From: an uncultured Holdemania sp.
GTDB taxonomy: Bacteria > Bacillota_I > Bacilli_A > Erysipelotrichales > Erysipelotrichaceae
Direction: 5' to 3'
Length of the DNA: 64,000 bases
Assembly: GCA_904395815.1 (NCBI GenBank)
Contig: CAJFOC010000009.1
Location: 20,642 to 84,641, forward strand
Below the pieces are notes generated by a model that did not search any database, was not told the DNA's origin, and worked only from the letters and a program-made list of their open reading frames with translations. The number at the start of each line of letters is the position of its first letter. The first letter of the stretch is position 1. The position numbers and the translations under genes were made by a program. Shown in pieces: positions 1-9,505 of this stretch.

Positions 1-36
1 ACCGATCAGCAGGCTCGTCTGCAATCCCCAATTCAT
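1..36 (-). CDS. 5' fragment of a probable DUF2304 (GacJ-like) small membrane protein; runs off the window
   Basis: ATG at 36 with a GGCGGTG RBS upstream reads MNWGLQTSLLIG. It lies directly downstream of a GacI-like GT2, the usual position of DUF2304 genes. Only 12 codons are visible. Confidence 0.45.
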   Translation of the reverse strand, partial: MNWGLQTSLLIG

Positions 37-50
37 GAATGTTCACCGCC

Positions 51-719
51 TTACCACTGAATCAACAAAATACTGAGAATCACGTTGACCATGTATTGAA
101 TGGATTTGATGGGACTGGTAAAATAGCTTTCTCCTTTTTCCCGTTTTTCCATTTTGACCGGCGTTTCCCTGACCCGGTATTTTCTTCTTAACAGATAGGT
201 CAGCGCATCCGGCTCCGCGACATAGTTCAGGTTTTCGGCAAATTCCTGAATTACCCGTTTGCCCATAGCCCGCATGCCGCTGGTCGGATCCGTCATCCAT
301 CTTCCTGTTTTCAGGTAAATCAGCACGCTGATGATCCGGCTGCCAATCATTCTCATCGTCCACGGCTTCTTTTCCTGCAGAAACCGCGATCCAATCGCCA
401 CGTCATAGCCTTCTTCAATCGCCTTCAACAGCGGCTGAATGTATTTGGGCGGATGCTGGCCATCGCCGTCGATCACAATGGCGCAGTCGTAATGCTCATC
501 CAGCGCGTATTTGAACCCCACCTGGGTGACCGAGGCCAGCCCCAGATTGACGCTCAGATCGAGATGATTGATATTCAGGCGGGAATAGAGCTGGGCAGAC
601 TGATCTTTGCTGCAGTCGTTAATCACCAGATAATCGATCTGCAGTTTCTGAATATTACGAACCAGTTCCGGAATGTTTTCCGCTTCATTATAAGCTGGAA
701 TAATAATCAACGGTTTCAC
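51..719 (-). CDS. GT2 polyprenyl-phosphate glycosyltransferase (DPM1/GacI-like)
   Basis: IIIPAYNE, INDCSKD, IDGDGQH, GSRF and TDPTSG motifs. GTG start at 719 has a GGAGG RBS (the track ORF extends to 746). Confidence 0.9.
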   Translation of the reverse strand: MKPLIIIPAYNEAENIPELVRNIQKLQIDYLVINDCSKDQSAQLYSRLNINHLDLSVNLGLASVTQVGFKYALDEHYDCAIVIDGDGQHPPKYIQPLLKAIEEGYDVAIGSRFLQEKKPWTMRMIGSRIISVLIYLKTGRWMTDPTSGMRAMGKRVIQEFAENLNYVAEPDALTYLLRRKYRVRETPVKMEKREKGESYFTSPIKSIQYMVNVILSILLIQW

Positions 720-754
720 GATAATCCTCCCTGAGCCTTTTTTCAATTGAAATA

Positions 755-763
755 ATCATAACA
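755..763 (-). promoter_or_regulatory. Putative extended -10 internal promoter for the GT2/DUF2304 pair
   Basis: TGTTATGAT on the minus strand in a 123-bp intergenic gap; no good -35. Confidence 0.35.
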
Positions 764-842
764 TAAACCACCTCAACAGGAAAACCCTGTTTCTATGCTC
801 GCCAAAGCATGCGAAAAAGATTCCTGAAACCCGCGGATCAGA

Positions 843-1910
843 TCACGACTCTTTCAAATACGCAATCAGCTCTTCTCTCAGCTTTTGAACCTGATCACAA
901 ACCTCGTTCAGCATATGATCGGCACTGGCATAAAACTGCGGAAAGTCAAAGGAGCGCATCTGTTGAATGAGCTGTTCCTTATCCGGATTCTCCGGATCAA
1001 ACACAAGCCCCAGATGATGATGGCGAACGATTTCCGCCATCGTTGTTCCCTCTGTCACCAACAGCGGAATCCGGTAAAGAAGCGCGTCGTACAGCTTGTT
1101 GGGAATCAGATAGCGAGACTGAATGGAAGTGGAATAAACGGCGTTGATCCAGTCACAATCGCCATACAGCCACGGTTTCTGATCATCCGGATATTTTCCC
1201 TTCAGCTGTACATTGCGGATTCCGTTCTCGTTGACAAACTTTTCCAGTCGGCCTTTTTCTGCCATTTGTCCCTGATAGATCAGTTCAATCCGATCATCGT
1301 TTTTCAGACAGTGAATCAGTTTCTGATTCACATCCAGATACGTGATGATTCCCAGATAATGGATACGGATTTTCTCATGAGGACGGCGCCGGTACTGCTG
1401 CTGATATTGCCGGTACTGATCGGGCAGATTATGACTGATGCGAATCTGGGGCGATTCGGAAAGAAAATGGAAAAAACCCGGCGAAGAAATTGAAGTATAG
1501 CGGGAGCCGGCAATCCTCTTTTCCACGATTTTTCGATACGCCGTGACCTGTTCAAAAGTATAATCCCGGATATCGAGAATGTAATTGTTATCGTACTTCT
1601 TTTTCAGATAACGATGCAGAAGAACGGCAGGTACCGTCGTCAGCACAATCAGCTTGTCATAGGCATTGTGCCGCAGGATTTTCTTCATTTCCCGATGCCA
1701 GTGAAGAAAACCGAAGAATTTATCCCGCATGGATTCATCGGAGGTTTTCATAATGATGATGTTGTTGCCTTCGCGCTGTGTCTGACCGTTTCTTGTTCGG
1801 TCCCAGCATATCAGATCATAATCCATCTGCAGCTCCTTCAGCACCGACAGATATCCCTGCGCATAGGGCATCGTAGAAAGCGTATTGAATCCAATCACAC
1901 CAACCTTCAT
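843..1910 (-). CDS. GT-B fold glycosyltransferase (capsular biosynthesis type)
   Basis: 355 aa with a C-terminal PNKLYDAL nucleotide-binding motif; locus context. Confidence 0.75.
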   Translation of the reverse strand: MKVGVIGFNTLSTMPYAQGYLSVLKELQMDYDLICWDRTRNGQTQREGNNIIIMKTSDESMRDKFFGFLHWHREMKKILRHNAYDKLIVLTTVPAVLLHRYLKKKYDNNYILDIRDYTFEQVTAYRKIVEKRIAGSRYTSISSPGFFHFLSESPQIRISHNLPDQYRQYQQQYRRRPHEKIRIHYLGIITYLDVNQKLIHCLKNDDRIELIYQGQMAEKGRLEKFVNENGIRNVQLKGKYPDDQKPWLYGDCDWINAVYSTSIQSRYLIPNKLYDALLYRIPLLVTEGTTMAEIVRHHHLGLVFDPENPDKEQLIQQMRSFDFPQFYASADHMLNEVCDQVQKLREELIAYLKES

Positions 1911-1922
1911 CGTTACTTCTCC

Positions 1923-3083
1923 TCATTGCTGCAGCAGCTGCAGAATCCGTTCTGCGGCCTGCTGATTGTTTTTTTGCTCCAGCACAAAACGGCGGGCGGC
2001 GCTGCCCATGGCTTTTCGTTCTTCCCGATCCAGCGCCAGAACCTTCGCGATGGTTTCCGCCATGGCCGCCGGGGTTTCTTTTTCAAAAAGATAAACATAC
2101 GGCCGGTATTCTTCCGGCATCCCGGCCAGCGGAGTGGTCAGCAGCGGAACCCCGGAAGTCATGTATTCCATGTTTTTGGATGGAAAAGAATAGCGGGTAA
2201 ATTCATATTCCGTCGGACGGGGATTGATCAGAAGATCCATGCGTTTCTGAAATTCAACGACCTTCTCATTATCCCAAACGCCATAATAATGAATCTGCGG
2301 TTCTTTTGCGGCAATTTCCCTGATCTGGTCGGCAGCGTCCCCCTGTCCGAAAATATGCAGCTGAACCTGTTCGTTTTTCAGCAGCAGCACAGCCTGAATC
2401 AGCCGGTCAATTCCATTGCGCTGATCGCAGTTTCCGGCATACAGGCATTCTTTTCCGCTTTTTGAGCCATAATGAAAAGCCGGCTCTTCCCTGCGATCCA
2501 GATCCACCAGCCCTTCCATGATCAATGACGGCTTGTTCTGACTCAGTTTTGTTTTCATCGCCTCTGTCAGAAACACGTAGTGAGTGCATTGGCGAAGACA
2601 TCCATAATACAGCCAGGCCATCCCTTTCTGATCGATGACATCTTCCGGCAAATCCGTCAGCACCCCCAGAAATTTCTTCCGGCACAGCCGGAAAGCCAGC
2701 GCGCATCCCAGCGTATTCGGCAGAGAAAGAAGATCTCCCACCAGCACCGCATCCCGATGCTTCAGACAAAACATCAGCGCGCTGAAAAAGCTGAGGGCCA
2801 GGGTAATCGCATCCTTGATCAGCGGAAGATTGATCACGGGAAGATAGTGAAAACAAAGCTGATCCTGTTCTTCTCTGGATGACGGGAAAAAAAGCTTTCC
2901 TGAAATGGCGCGGCTCATGGGGATGGCTGAAAGACAAAGAGGCGCCAGTCCCTTCTTGACAAATCCCTGCGCCAGCAGCCGGTCATACTTCTGAACCTGA
3001 ATTCCAGGCTTCACCGGCGATGCGCTGTACAGTTTTCGATAATGCTGCCGACTGCAGAGGCAGGAAGTAAACAACAGTTTCAT
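1923..3083 (-). CDS. Glycosyltransferase family 4
   Basis: 386 aa; LLINPRP...FPSKNMEYM...LLTT motif of the GT4 C-terminal domain. Confidence 0.85.
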   Translation of the reverse strand: MKLLFTSCLCSRQHYRKLYSASPVKPGIQVQKYDRLLAQGFVKKGLAPLCLSAIPMSRAISGKLFFPSSREEQDQLCFHYLPVINLPLIKDAITLALSFFSALMFCLKHRDAVLVGDLLSLPNTLGCALAFRLCRKKFLGVLTDLPEDVIDQKGMAWLYYGCLRQCTHYVFLTEAMKTKLSQNKPSLIMEGLVDLDRREEPAFHYGSKSGKECLYAGNCDQRNGIDRLIQAVLLLKNEQVQLHIFGQGDAADQIREIAAKEPQIHYYGVWDNEKVVEFQKRMDLLINPRPTEYEFTRYSFPSKNMEYMTSGVPLLTTPLAGMPEEYRPYVYLFEKETPAAMAETIAKVLALDREERKAMGSAARRFVLEQKNNQQAAERILQLLQQ

Positions 3084-3087
3084 ACAA

Positions 3088-4308
3088 TCATTTCCTTACT
3101 ATTTCAGAATAGATTTCCCTCAGTTGACGGACGTTGGTTTGCGGATCATACAGCTGCTGCGCATGAAGGCGGGCGGCTTGGGAGATTCTGACCGCCAGAT
3201 CATCCTCCTCCATCAGCTTCTGAATGTAATAGGCAGCCAGCACCGGTTCGTCAAACGGATACAGGAAGCTGTCATGACGATGACAGGCCATCTGCCCTGT
3301 GCCTCCCACATCACTGGCCACCGAAGGAGTTCCCAGCATCATCGCTTCCGCCAGAGAATTCGAACTGTTTTCAATCACAGACGCGCTTAAGAAAACATGA
3401 CTGTTCAGCAGCTGTTCTCTGACCTGCTGTTCGCTCAGCATTCCGAGAAATTCCACGTGATTTTCAAGCCCGTAACGACGAATCAGTGAACTGATGTAGT
3501 TATCGTAGGATACTCCCAATCGGCCAGCCAGCGTGCGGTGCTGTGTCAGATCATAACCGCCGATTCTGCATCGGACATCCGGAATGCTCTGTTTCAGCAC
3601 CCGCAGAATTTCCATGATCATATGCGGCGCTTTGATCGGATATCCGGCCTGGGAAACAAAAATCGTATGCCGCTGGCATTGGGCAAGCGACCACTGTCCG
3701 GTATAAAACGATGGTCTTAGAATCTCGTTGGCTTTAAAATAGCGGATCTGCGGATGAATCTGCCGGACGGCCGATTCATCCCAAGCCGTTCGTCCTATAC
3801 AGTATTGCGCATTCTGCAGCGCTTTTTTCTCCCACTGGCCGCGCCGGAAAAAATCCCGCTGCCCCAGCCGCAAATAAAGTGGCAGCAACGGATGATACGC
3901 TTTCTGAAACAGATTAAAAGAGGCCAGATAGTAAACGGCATAAACACTGATCAGTCCCTGAATGGAGAAAACCGTCCGCTCTTGCGGCAATGCCTGAGAC
4001 AGATCATAACTCCAGCGATGTTCCGTCCCGAACACATGGTACAGCTCAGCCCTCCAGGCTGACAGCTGTTTCTTCAGCATCTCCACCGACGAATATTCCA
4101 GCAGACAATAATGAATCCCATTCTGTTTCACTTCTCTGATCCGGTTTCTTTTCCCGCGGCGAACTACCCCGAAAACAATTTCCAGTTCCGTTTCTTCTTT
4201 CAGACGCCGGCTGATCCCTTCCAGCCATCCGCCAAACGGACTGACCGGCAGATTCATCTGCGCGGCAATCTGCGGCGGAAACTGACTGCCAAACATCATG
4301 ATTTTCAT
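3088..4308 (-). CDS. Glycosyltransferase family 4
   Basis: IENSSNSLAEAMMLGTPSVASDVGG (EX7E motif). The ATG at 4308 overlaps the wzx stop (ATGA). Confidence 0.88.
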   Translation of the reverse strand: MKIMMFGSQFPPQIAAQMNLPVSPFGGWLEGISRRLKEETELEIVFGVVRRGKRNRIREVKQNGIHYCLLEYSSVEMLKKQLSAWRAELYHVFGTEHRWSYDLSQALPQERTVFSIQGLISVYAVYYLASFNLFQKAYHPLLPLYLRLGQRDFFRRGQWEKKALQNAQYCIGRTAWDESAVRQIHPQIRYFKANEILRPSFYTGQWSLAQCQRHTIFVSQAGYPIKAPHMIMEILRVLKQSIPDVRCRIGGYDLTQHRTLAGRLGVSYDNYISSLIRRYGLENHVEFLGMLSEQQVREQLLNSHVFLSASVIENSSNSLAEAMMLGTPSVASDVGGTGQMACHRHDSFLYPFDEPVLAAYYIQKLMEEDDLAVRISQAARLHAQQLYDPQTNVRQLREIYSEIVRK

Positions 4309-5585
4309 AAGCGATTCCTCCTCCTGAATCCCTGAAGAAACAATCCCTGAACAATGAACCGGCCGTTTTCTCTGAGATCCGCAATGCACAGCTGCGTTAC
4401 CACATTCGTGACAAACTGGGTCAGCAGTGTCGCCAGCGCCGCGCCCTCAATTCCCCAAATCGGAATCAACAGACTGTTGAGAATCAGATTGGTTATCGAG
4501 CCGAGAAACGCAATTCTCTTTTCATAAGCGTATTTGTTTTCATTGACAATCCAGATATTTCTGGCGACTCCCAGGTAGGCAAAAATACAATACCAGCTCA
4601 CGATCTTCAGCGCGCCGCTGGCTGGAAGATAGGCTTCCCCATACAGAAAGCCGATGATCCACTCCCCCGCGATCAGCACAAAAACACCGAAAGCGATCCC
4701 CAGCCAGATCACGGCCGAATACAGCTGCACGATCCGCCGTCTGTATTTTTCCCTGTTGATGGAACGCTGACTGGTAATCAGAGGCCGGGCTGAATCAATC
4801 ATCGCATTGGGGATAAAAGACCACAGGCCACACAGATACACTGCTGTGGAATACAATCCCACTGATGTCTGGTCTATCATTTTTCCTATCATGATTTTAT
4901 CCATCTGCGCGTAAATCGCCACCATCAGACCGGAAATGATAAAATGCCGGCTTTTCATCAAAAGCTGTTTTCCCTCTTCAGCGGAAAAAGACAACGCCGG
5001 ACCCTTGCACCCCCGATAGGCCAAAGTCAGAATGACGACATAACAGATCATTTCAAACGAAGAGGAAAAGGCAAACCAGAAAACGTCCTTCGACGTTGCC
5101 AGGATATACACTTTATATACGGAAGCGATAAGACATGCCGCAATTCTGGAAAGACTTACATATTTGGACATCAGCCGGGACTGGAACCAGTAATTGAAAA
5201 GATCCAGCGCTTCAAAAACAAGTGAAACCGACTGAAGCGCCGCAATCCAGATCATCGTCGTGTCCCACCGGTTTGTCAAAGCGATCATCAGCACCATGGC
5301 TGCCGATGAGATCAGACTGGAAATCAGTCTCATTCCGATGGAAGTTCCAATGATTCTTCCTTCAAAATTCTTCCGGCGGATCAGCTCATTGATGACAATG
5401 TTGTTCAGCCCCAGTGTGCACAGAGAACTGGCAAAGGTCAGATAAGACGCCGTATAATTCAATAAGCCATAGTTTGCCGGACCCAGATACCGGGCCGTAA
5501 TCATACTGATAACAAACGAGATCAGCATCTGCATGATCTGGCCAAAAATAATCCAGGCCGTATTCTTAACAAAACCTTTGTTCAC
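4305..5585 (-). CDS. wzx: Wzx flippase (host-GC copy)
   Basis: 426 aa, many TM segments, MOP/PST patterns (ARYLGPANYG, DKIMIGKM, VGLYSTA). Confidence 0.9.
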   Translation of the reverse strand: MNKGFVKNTAWIIFGQIMQMLISFVISMITARYLGPANYGLLNYTASYLTFASSLCTLGLNNIVINELIRRKNFEGRIIGTSIGMRLISSLISSAAMVLMIALTNRWDTTMIWIAALQSVSLVFEALDLFNYWFQSRLMSKYVSLSRIAACLIASVYKVYILATSKDVFWFAFSSSFEMICYVVILTLAYRGCKGPALSFSAEEGKQLLMKSRHFIISGLMVAIYAQMDKIMIGKMIDQTSVGLYSTAVYLCGLWSFIPNAMIDSARPLITSQRSINREKYRRRIVQLYSAVIWLGIAFGVFVLIAGEWIIGFLYGEAYLPASGALKIVSWYCIFAYLGVARNIWIVNENKYAYEKRIAFLGSITNLILNSLLIPIWGIEGAALATLLTQFVTNVVTQLCIADLRENGRFIVQGLFLQGFRRRNRL

Positions 5586-5601
5586 AATCCGTCTCCTTTT
5601 C

Positions 5602-5637
5602 AGGGTTTATTATACCCTTAACGCGAATCAAAAAAAA
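5602..5637 (-). promoter_or_regulatory. Putative internal promoter for the wzx-GT sub-operon
   Basis: TATAAT (5609-5614) inside an AGGGT-n7-ACCCT inverted repeat. A T8 tract lies at the -35 position. AAGGAG RBS precedes the GTG at 5585. Confidence 0.45.
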
Positions 5638-5692
5638 GCACAGCATGGCAAGACGGCTTTCAGACTGTCATCACCGCCAGCCTCCTCCTGAT

Positions 5693-6796
5693 CTACGCCT
5701 TACTGCACGGACCTGTCAAAAACTCCGGTTCTGCCGTATGTTTTTGCAGGGCTTCCGCCAATGCAAGAAAACGAATCGCGGCGATTTCCGCATTCCAGGT
5801 TTCTTTGATCGTGCTGAAGGCACGATCTCCCAGCTTTTTTCTCAGCGCATAATCCTGCATCAGCCGTTTCACCGCGGTCATCAATTCCTGCCAGGATCGG
5901 TAAACCAGACCATTGTACTGGTCCTGAATCAGATAAGGCACCGCACCGATACGTTCATCGGCAACCACCGCACACCGACTGTTCATGGCTTCGTTCAGTA
6001 CCGCTCCCCAGCCTTCTGTCTGATCGCTGGTAAACAGAAAAATGTCAGCTTCCTGCATCCAGCCGCGAACCTCTTCGGCCGGCAGAGCTCCTGTCATTTT
6101 CACATGATTTTCCAGTTTTTCCCGGGAAATATCATTTCGAATCGATTCCTCCAGCTTTCCTGTACCGATCATCACAAGCTGAAAGGCATAGCCCTCCTTT
6201 TTCAGCTGCCCGGCTATTTTCAAAGCCAGTTCCGGATGCTTCCAGGAAATCATTCTTCCGCACCACAGCAGACGAACAATTTCACGCGGCTGTTTTTGCG
6301 GACTTTCCTGACAGCGGGGAAAATAACCCCATCGATAATAACCATCCTGTCGTTGCCGGATACGCATCAGATCTTTTTTCACATAACCGCCGCAGCACAG
6401 ATAATAAAGTTCCTTATTCTGATATTTACGATATAAACGGTAAAATCCCGGCATCAGATAATAATACGGCTTTTTGAAAATTCGCTCCAGATATCGAAAA
6501 GTCAGTTTGTTTTCTCTCATTCTCAGATCAACAAACAGCTGCGGTGCTGATCCGTGAATGACAATCTCGGATTCCTCTGCCAGTTTTATCGCTTTCTGAT
6601 AATTCTCCTCAGAAAGATAAGCCGGAAGGCAATAAGGGACTGTTTCATTGACATCAGGATATCCCAGTTTCAGTCTTTCCGGATCGGTGCATTCTGTCGC
6701 TACAAAACAGAAATCCTCACCCAGACGGGCATAAAACTGGTCGCACAGAGGAATTTGATGGTGGTTCAGAAAATTGGAGAAGATCGTCAGTTTCAT
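5693..6796 (-). CDS. Glycosyltransferase family 4
   Basis: FLFTSDQTEGWGAVLNEAMNS (EX7E motif). Confidence 0.88.
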   Translation of the reverse strand: MKLTIFSNFLNHHQIPLCDQFYARLGEDFCFVATECTDPERLKLGYPDVNETVPYCLPAYLSEENYQKAIKLAEESEIVIHGSAPQLFVDLRMRENKLTFRYLERIFKKPYYYLMPGFYRLYRKYQNKELYYLCCGGYVKKDLMRIRQRQDGYYRWGYFPRCQESPQKQPREIVRLLWCGRMISWKHPELALKIAGQLKKEGYAFQLVMIGTGKLEESIRNDISREKLENHVKMTGALPAEEVRGWMQEADIFLFTSDQTEGWGAVLNEAMNSRCAVVADERIGAVPYLIQDQYNGLVYRSWQELMTAVKRLMQDYALRKKLGDRAFSTIKETWNAEIAAIRFLALAEALQKHTAEPEFLTGPCSKA

Positions 6797-6799
6797 CTG

Positions 6800-8158
6800 T
6801 CATTCTCCTTTCTGTTCAAGCGCGACAACCGTTGCGTTTTCCAGCAAAAATTCCAATCGAAGACTCTGCTGATTCTGCAGCTGATCAATTCGAGCTCCTG
6901 CATAGTCCAGTACTATTGTCTTCTGATCCAGCTGCTGCAATTCACGATGGAGTACCGGTGCTTGCTGTGCCGGCAGATCCAGGATATCCAGTACCAGATC
7001 CAGTTCCTCATCCAACACAACCAGCGTTTTTGAGGTACTGGTCACATACTGCTGAAATTCTTCCAGCCCTTCTTTTCTTTCCTGTTCAATCTGCCACCAA
7101 TGAACATAGGTCATTCCATTGACAAGCACAAGGAAAGCTGTAGTGAAACGCACTGCCTTTTTTCCGGAAAGGCAATGATCCACAACAACAGAAAATGCGA
7201 GCCAGAAACAGCCCAGCGAAGGCACAAGATACCGGGCAACGAAAAACGGCCTGATACAAAGTGAGACCAGAATACCAACTCCTCCTGCGTAAACAGGAGT
7301 CAGGATTCCCAGGATGATTTTCCTTTCTTTTTTTTCTGCTTTTTTCCAGTAAAGCAGCAAAAAGAAAAAAACGAAGATAAACAAAGCCAGAGTCAGCACC
7401 GGAAAACCGGTAGAAAACGGAAAATTGACATAGGATACCAGCGCTCCAAAAGAAATATCGTCAATCCAGTAATTCTGACTCCGTTGTGCAATCTGTCCCA
7501 ACGCAATGCAGAACCAGGGCAGATACAAAAGGACTGTCGCTGAAAAGCTCAGCAGCCACGGCTTCAGCTGCTTTCTTTTCCAGCATTGATCCAGACATGC
7601 AAAATAAAACAGGCTGACAGCCACTGCCGCATAGTAATGAGTATACGCTGCGGCAACCGAGAACCCGACAAAAAGAATCCAGCGGATGGGTTTGCTTTGT
7701 CCTGGGATCGGCATAAACAGCCAGGAAAGAGTAACAAACAACAGCGCCCATGAATACATTCGAATTTCTATTGCATACGGAAGAATCTGAGTTCCAAACA
7801 TCAGAACGATAAAAATGAGCGCAGCACGAAAACTTTTCTTTTCGCACAGAAATAACGATCCGATGATCAGCACGATCCCTATGGGAATGACTGAGAAGAT
7901 CTTTGCCAGAACGATGGTTTCTGCCGCAGGAAAAACCCCATGCACCCCATCCACAAATACTTTCAGCATCAGATAATATAAAGGCGGATGAACATCCTGT
8001 GCTGTCGCGGTGATCAGATCGGAGAAACTCATTCTGATTAAATTCAGAGAAAAGGCTTCATCCCGCCACAGGCTGAGATTGCCGCATAAAAGTGCCATCA
8101 GCAGCGTCAGCACCAGACACAGAAGAATCAGCAATCCATTCTGTTTCTTTCTGCTCAT
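6800..8158 (-). CDS. GT-C superfamily membrane glycosyltransferase (GT39/PMT-like)
   Basis: LWRDEAFS, QDVHPPLYYLMLK, EIRMYSW and THYYA motifs; polytopic. Confidence 0.8.
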   Translation of the reverse strand: MSRKKQNGLLILLCLVLTLLMALLCGNLSLWRDEAFSLNLIRMSFSDLITATAQDVHPPLYYLMLKVFVDGVHGVFPAAETIVLAKIFSVIPIGIVLIIGSLFLCEKKSFRAALIFIVLMFGTQILPYAIEIRMYSWALLFVTLSWLFMPIPGQSKPIRWILFVGFSVAAAYTHYYAAVAVSLFYFACLDQCWKRKQLKPWLLSFSATVLLYLPWFCIALGQIAQRSQNYWIDDISFGALVSYVNFPFSTGFPVLTLALFIFVFFFLLLYWKKAEKKERKIILGILTPVYAGGVGILVSLCIRPFFVARYLVPSLGCFWLAFSVVVDHCLSGKKAVRFTTAFLVLVNGMTYVHWWQIEQERKEGLEEFQQYVTSTSKTLVVLDEELDLVLDILDLPAQQAPVLHRELQQLDQKTIVLDYAGARIDQLQNQQSLRLEFLLENATVVALEQKGE

Positions 8159-9465
8159 ACCGTCACCTGACTTCGGTTTAAATGCACTATCGCTCCGCTG
8201 ATCAGCCAGAAGAAAAAGGTCAGCAGTCGAAAATCAAACAAAATACCGATATCCAGCATCGAATAAATAAATACTGAAATGGCTGCCAATATCAGACAAA
8301 GCGATCGCCATTGATTTTTACTGTTTTTTACAAACAATACATATTCTCTTCCCAGTCCGGCAAGTAATACCACGACGACAATCAATCCCACTGCCCCTGT
8401 ACTGTAATAGGCATTGATAAAAAGATTATGGCAGTTAAAGTAGCCATGCTGTTTAATGGAAGATTGATCATTTTCAAGATTATCGCTGGCTGAATACAAA
8501 GTTCCTACCCCGTTGCCAAGAACCGGTTTCTGATTTGCGAGAGTAACGCTCTCTTTCCATAAAGAATATCTGCTGGATGTTAATCGATTAAGAATCACTT
8601 CTTTTTCCTGTTCATCCTCAGTTTCCATCAACTGCTGAATTTTCTCCTGGAACGACACATTTCTCCCAAAAACTGAAAAATCAAACGGATTAAAAACTAC
8701 CGTCATGACAATGACAGCACCGATTCCAGCCATAACGATCAAAGATTTCCATGTCCACCGGGCAAGGCCGTATATCGCTAAAACCAATAAGGCAAATGCC
8801 AGAGCAATTTGAGCTGTCCGGGAATCGGACAGGTATAAACATAAGCAATGAACAACCATGTTGGGAACCAACAGAATCAGCCACTGTTTTTTTTGCCTGT
8901 TCATCCAGTATAAACTGAAAACCGACGCCAGCACCGAATAAATACCCAATAAATTAGGATTGGTAAAAAATCCCTGTAATCGTATCGGCTGGGGGATCGT
9001 CATTGAAAAAAAAGTCACTGAATTTCCTGACAAGACCAGAATAACGGTAATCAGATTGAGAAATGAAACAAAACAGAGAAAGACAAACAGATAACATTGA
9101 ATCTCTTTTTTGATTTCATTACGGGTTTTCCCATTGAAATCCGTAATACTGAAAAACATGCAGAGCATTTCAAGAAAGAGAATGATTCCGGAAGTATCCA
9201 TCAGTGAACGATTCAGGCCAATACTGATCAAAAGAACTGCTGAATACATCATCAGCACACGATAAAACCAGGCTTTCATTTTACCGGTGATGAAATTCTT
9301 TATCATCACGATCGCCGTTAAAAGGATCAGAAAATAAATAAGATAATTTCTGACCGTATAGTTTGGATCTCCAAAATCAATATATTCTACCAGCGAGTAA
9401 CAGCCGATCACAAAACATAAAATCCTCGCTGCCCTGCTCCAGTCCAACTTTCGTAAATACTGCAT
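8155..9465 (-). CDS. O-antigen ligase (WaaL)/Wzy_C family membrane protein
   Basis: FTNPNLLG, SDSRTA, RYSLW...PVLGNGVG and HNLF...G motifs. Confidence 0.8.
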   Translation of the reverse strand: MQYLRKLDWSRAARILCFVIGCYSLVEYIDFGDPNYTVRNYLIYFLILLTAIVMIKNFITGKMKAWFYRVLMMYSAVLLISIGLNRSLMDTSGIILFLEMLCMFFSITDFNGKTRNEIKKEIQCYLFVFLCFVSFLNLITVILVLSGNSVTFFSMTIPQPIRLQGFFTNPNLLGIYSVLASVFSLYWMNRQKKQWLILLVPNMVVHCLCLYLSDSRTAQIALAFALLVLAIYGLARWTWKSLIVMAGIGAVIVMTVVFNPFDFSVFGRNVSFQEKIQQLMETEDEQEKEVILNRLTSSRYSLWKESVTLANQKPVLGNGVGTLYSASDNLENDQSSIKQHGYFNCHNLFINAYYSTGAVGLIVVVVLLAGLGREYVLFVKNSKNQWRSLCLILAAISVFIYSMLDIGILFDFRLLTFFFWLISGAIVHLNRSQVTV

Positions 9466-9505
9466 GTTGTTTCTCCTTACTTATCCATTCACTCTGATGA
9501 TTTTC

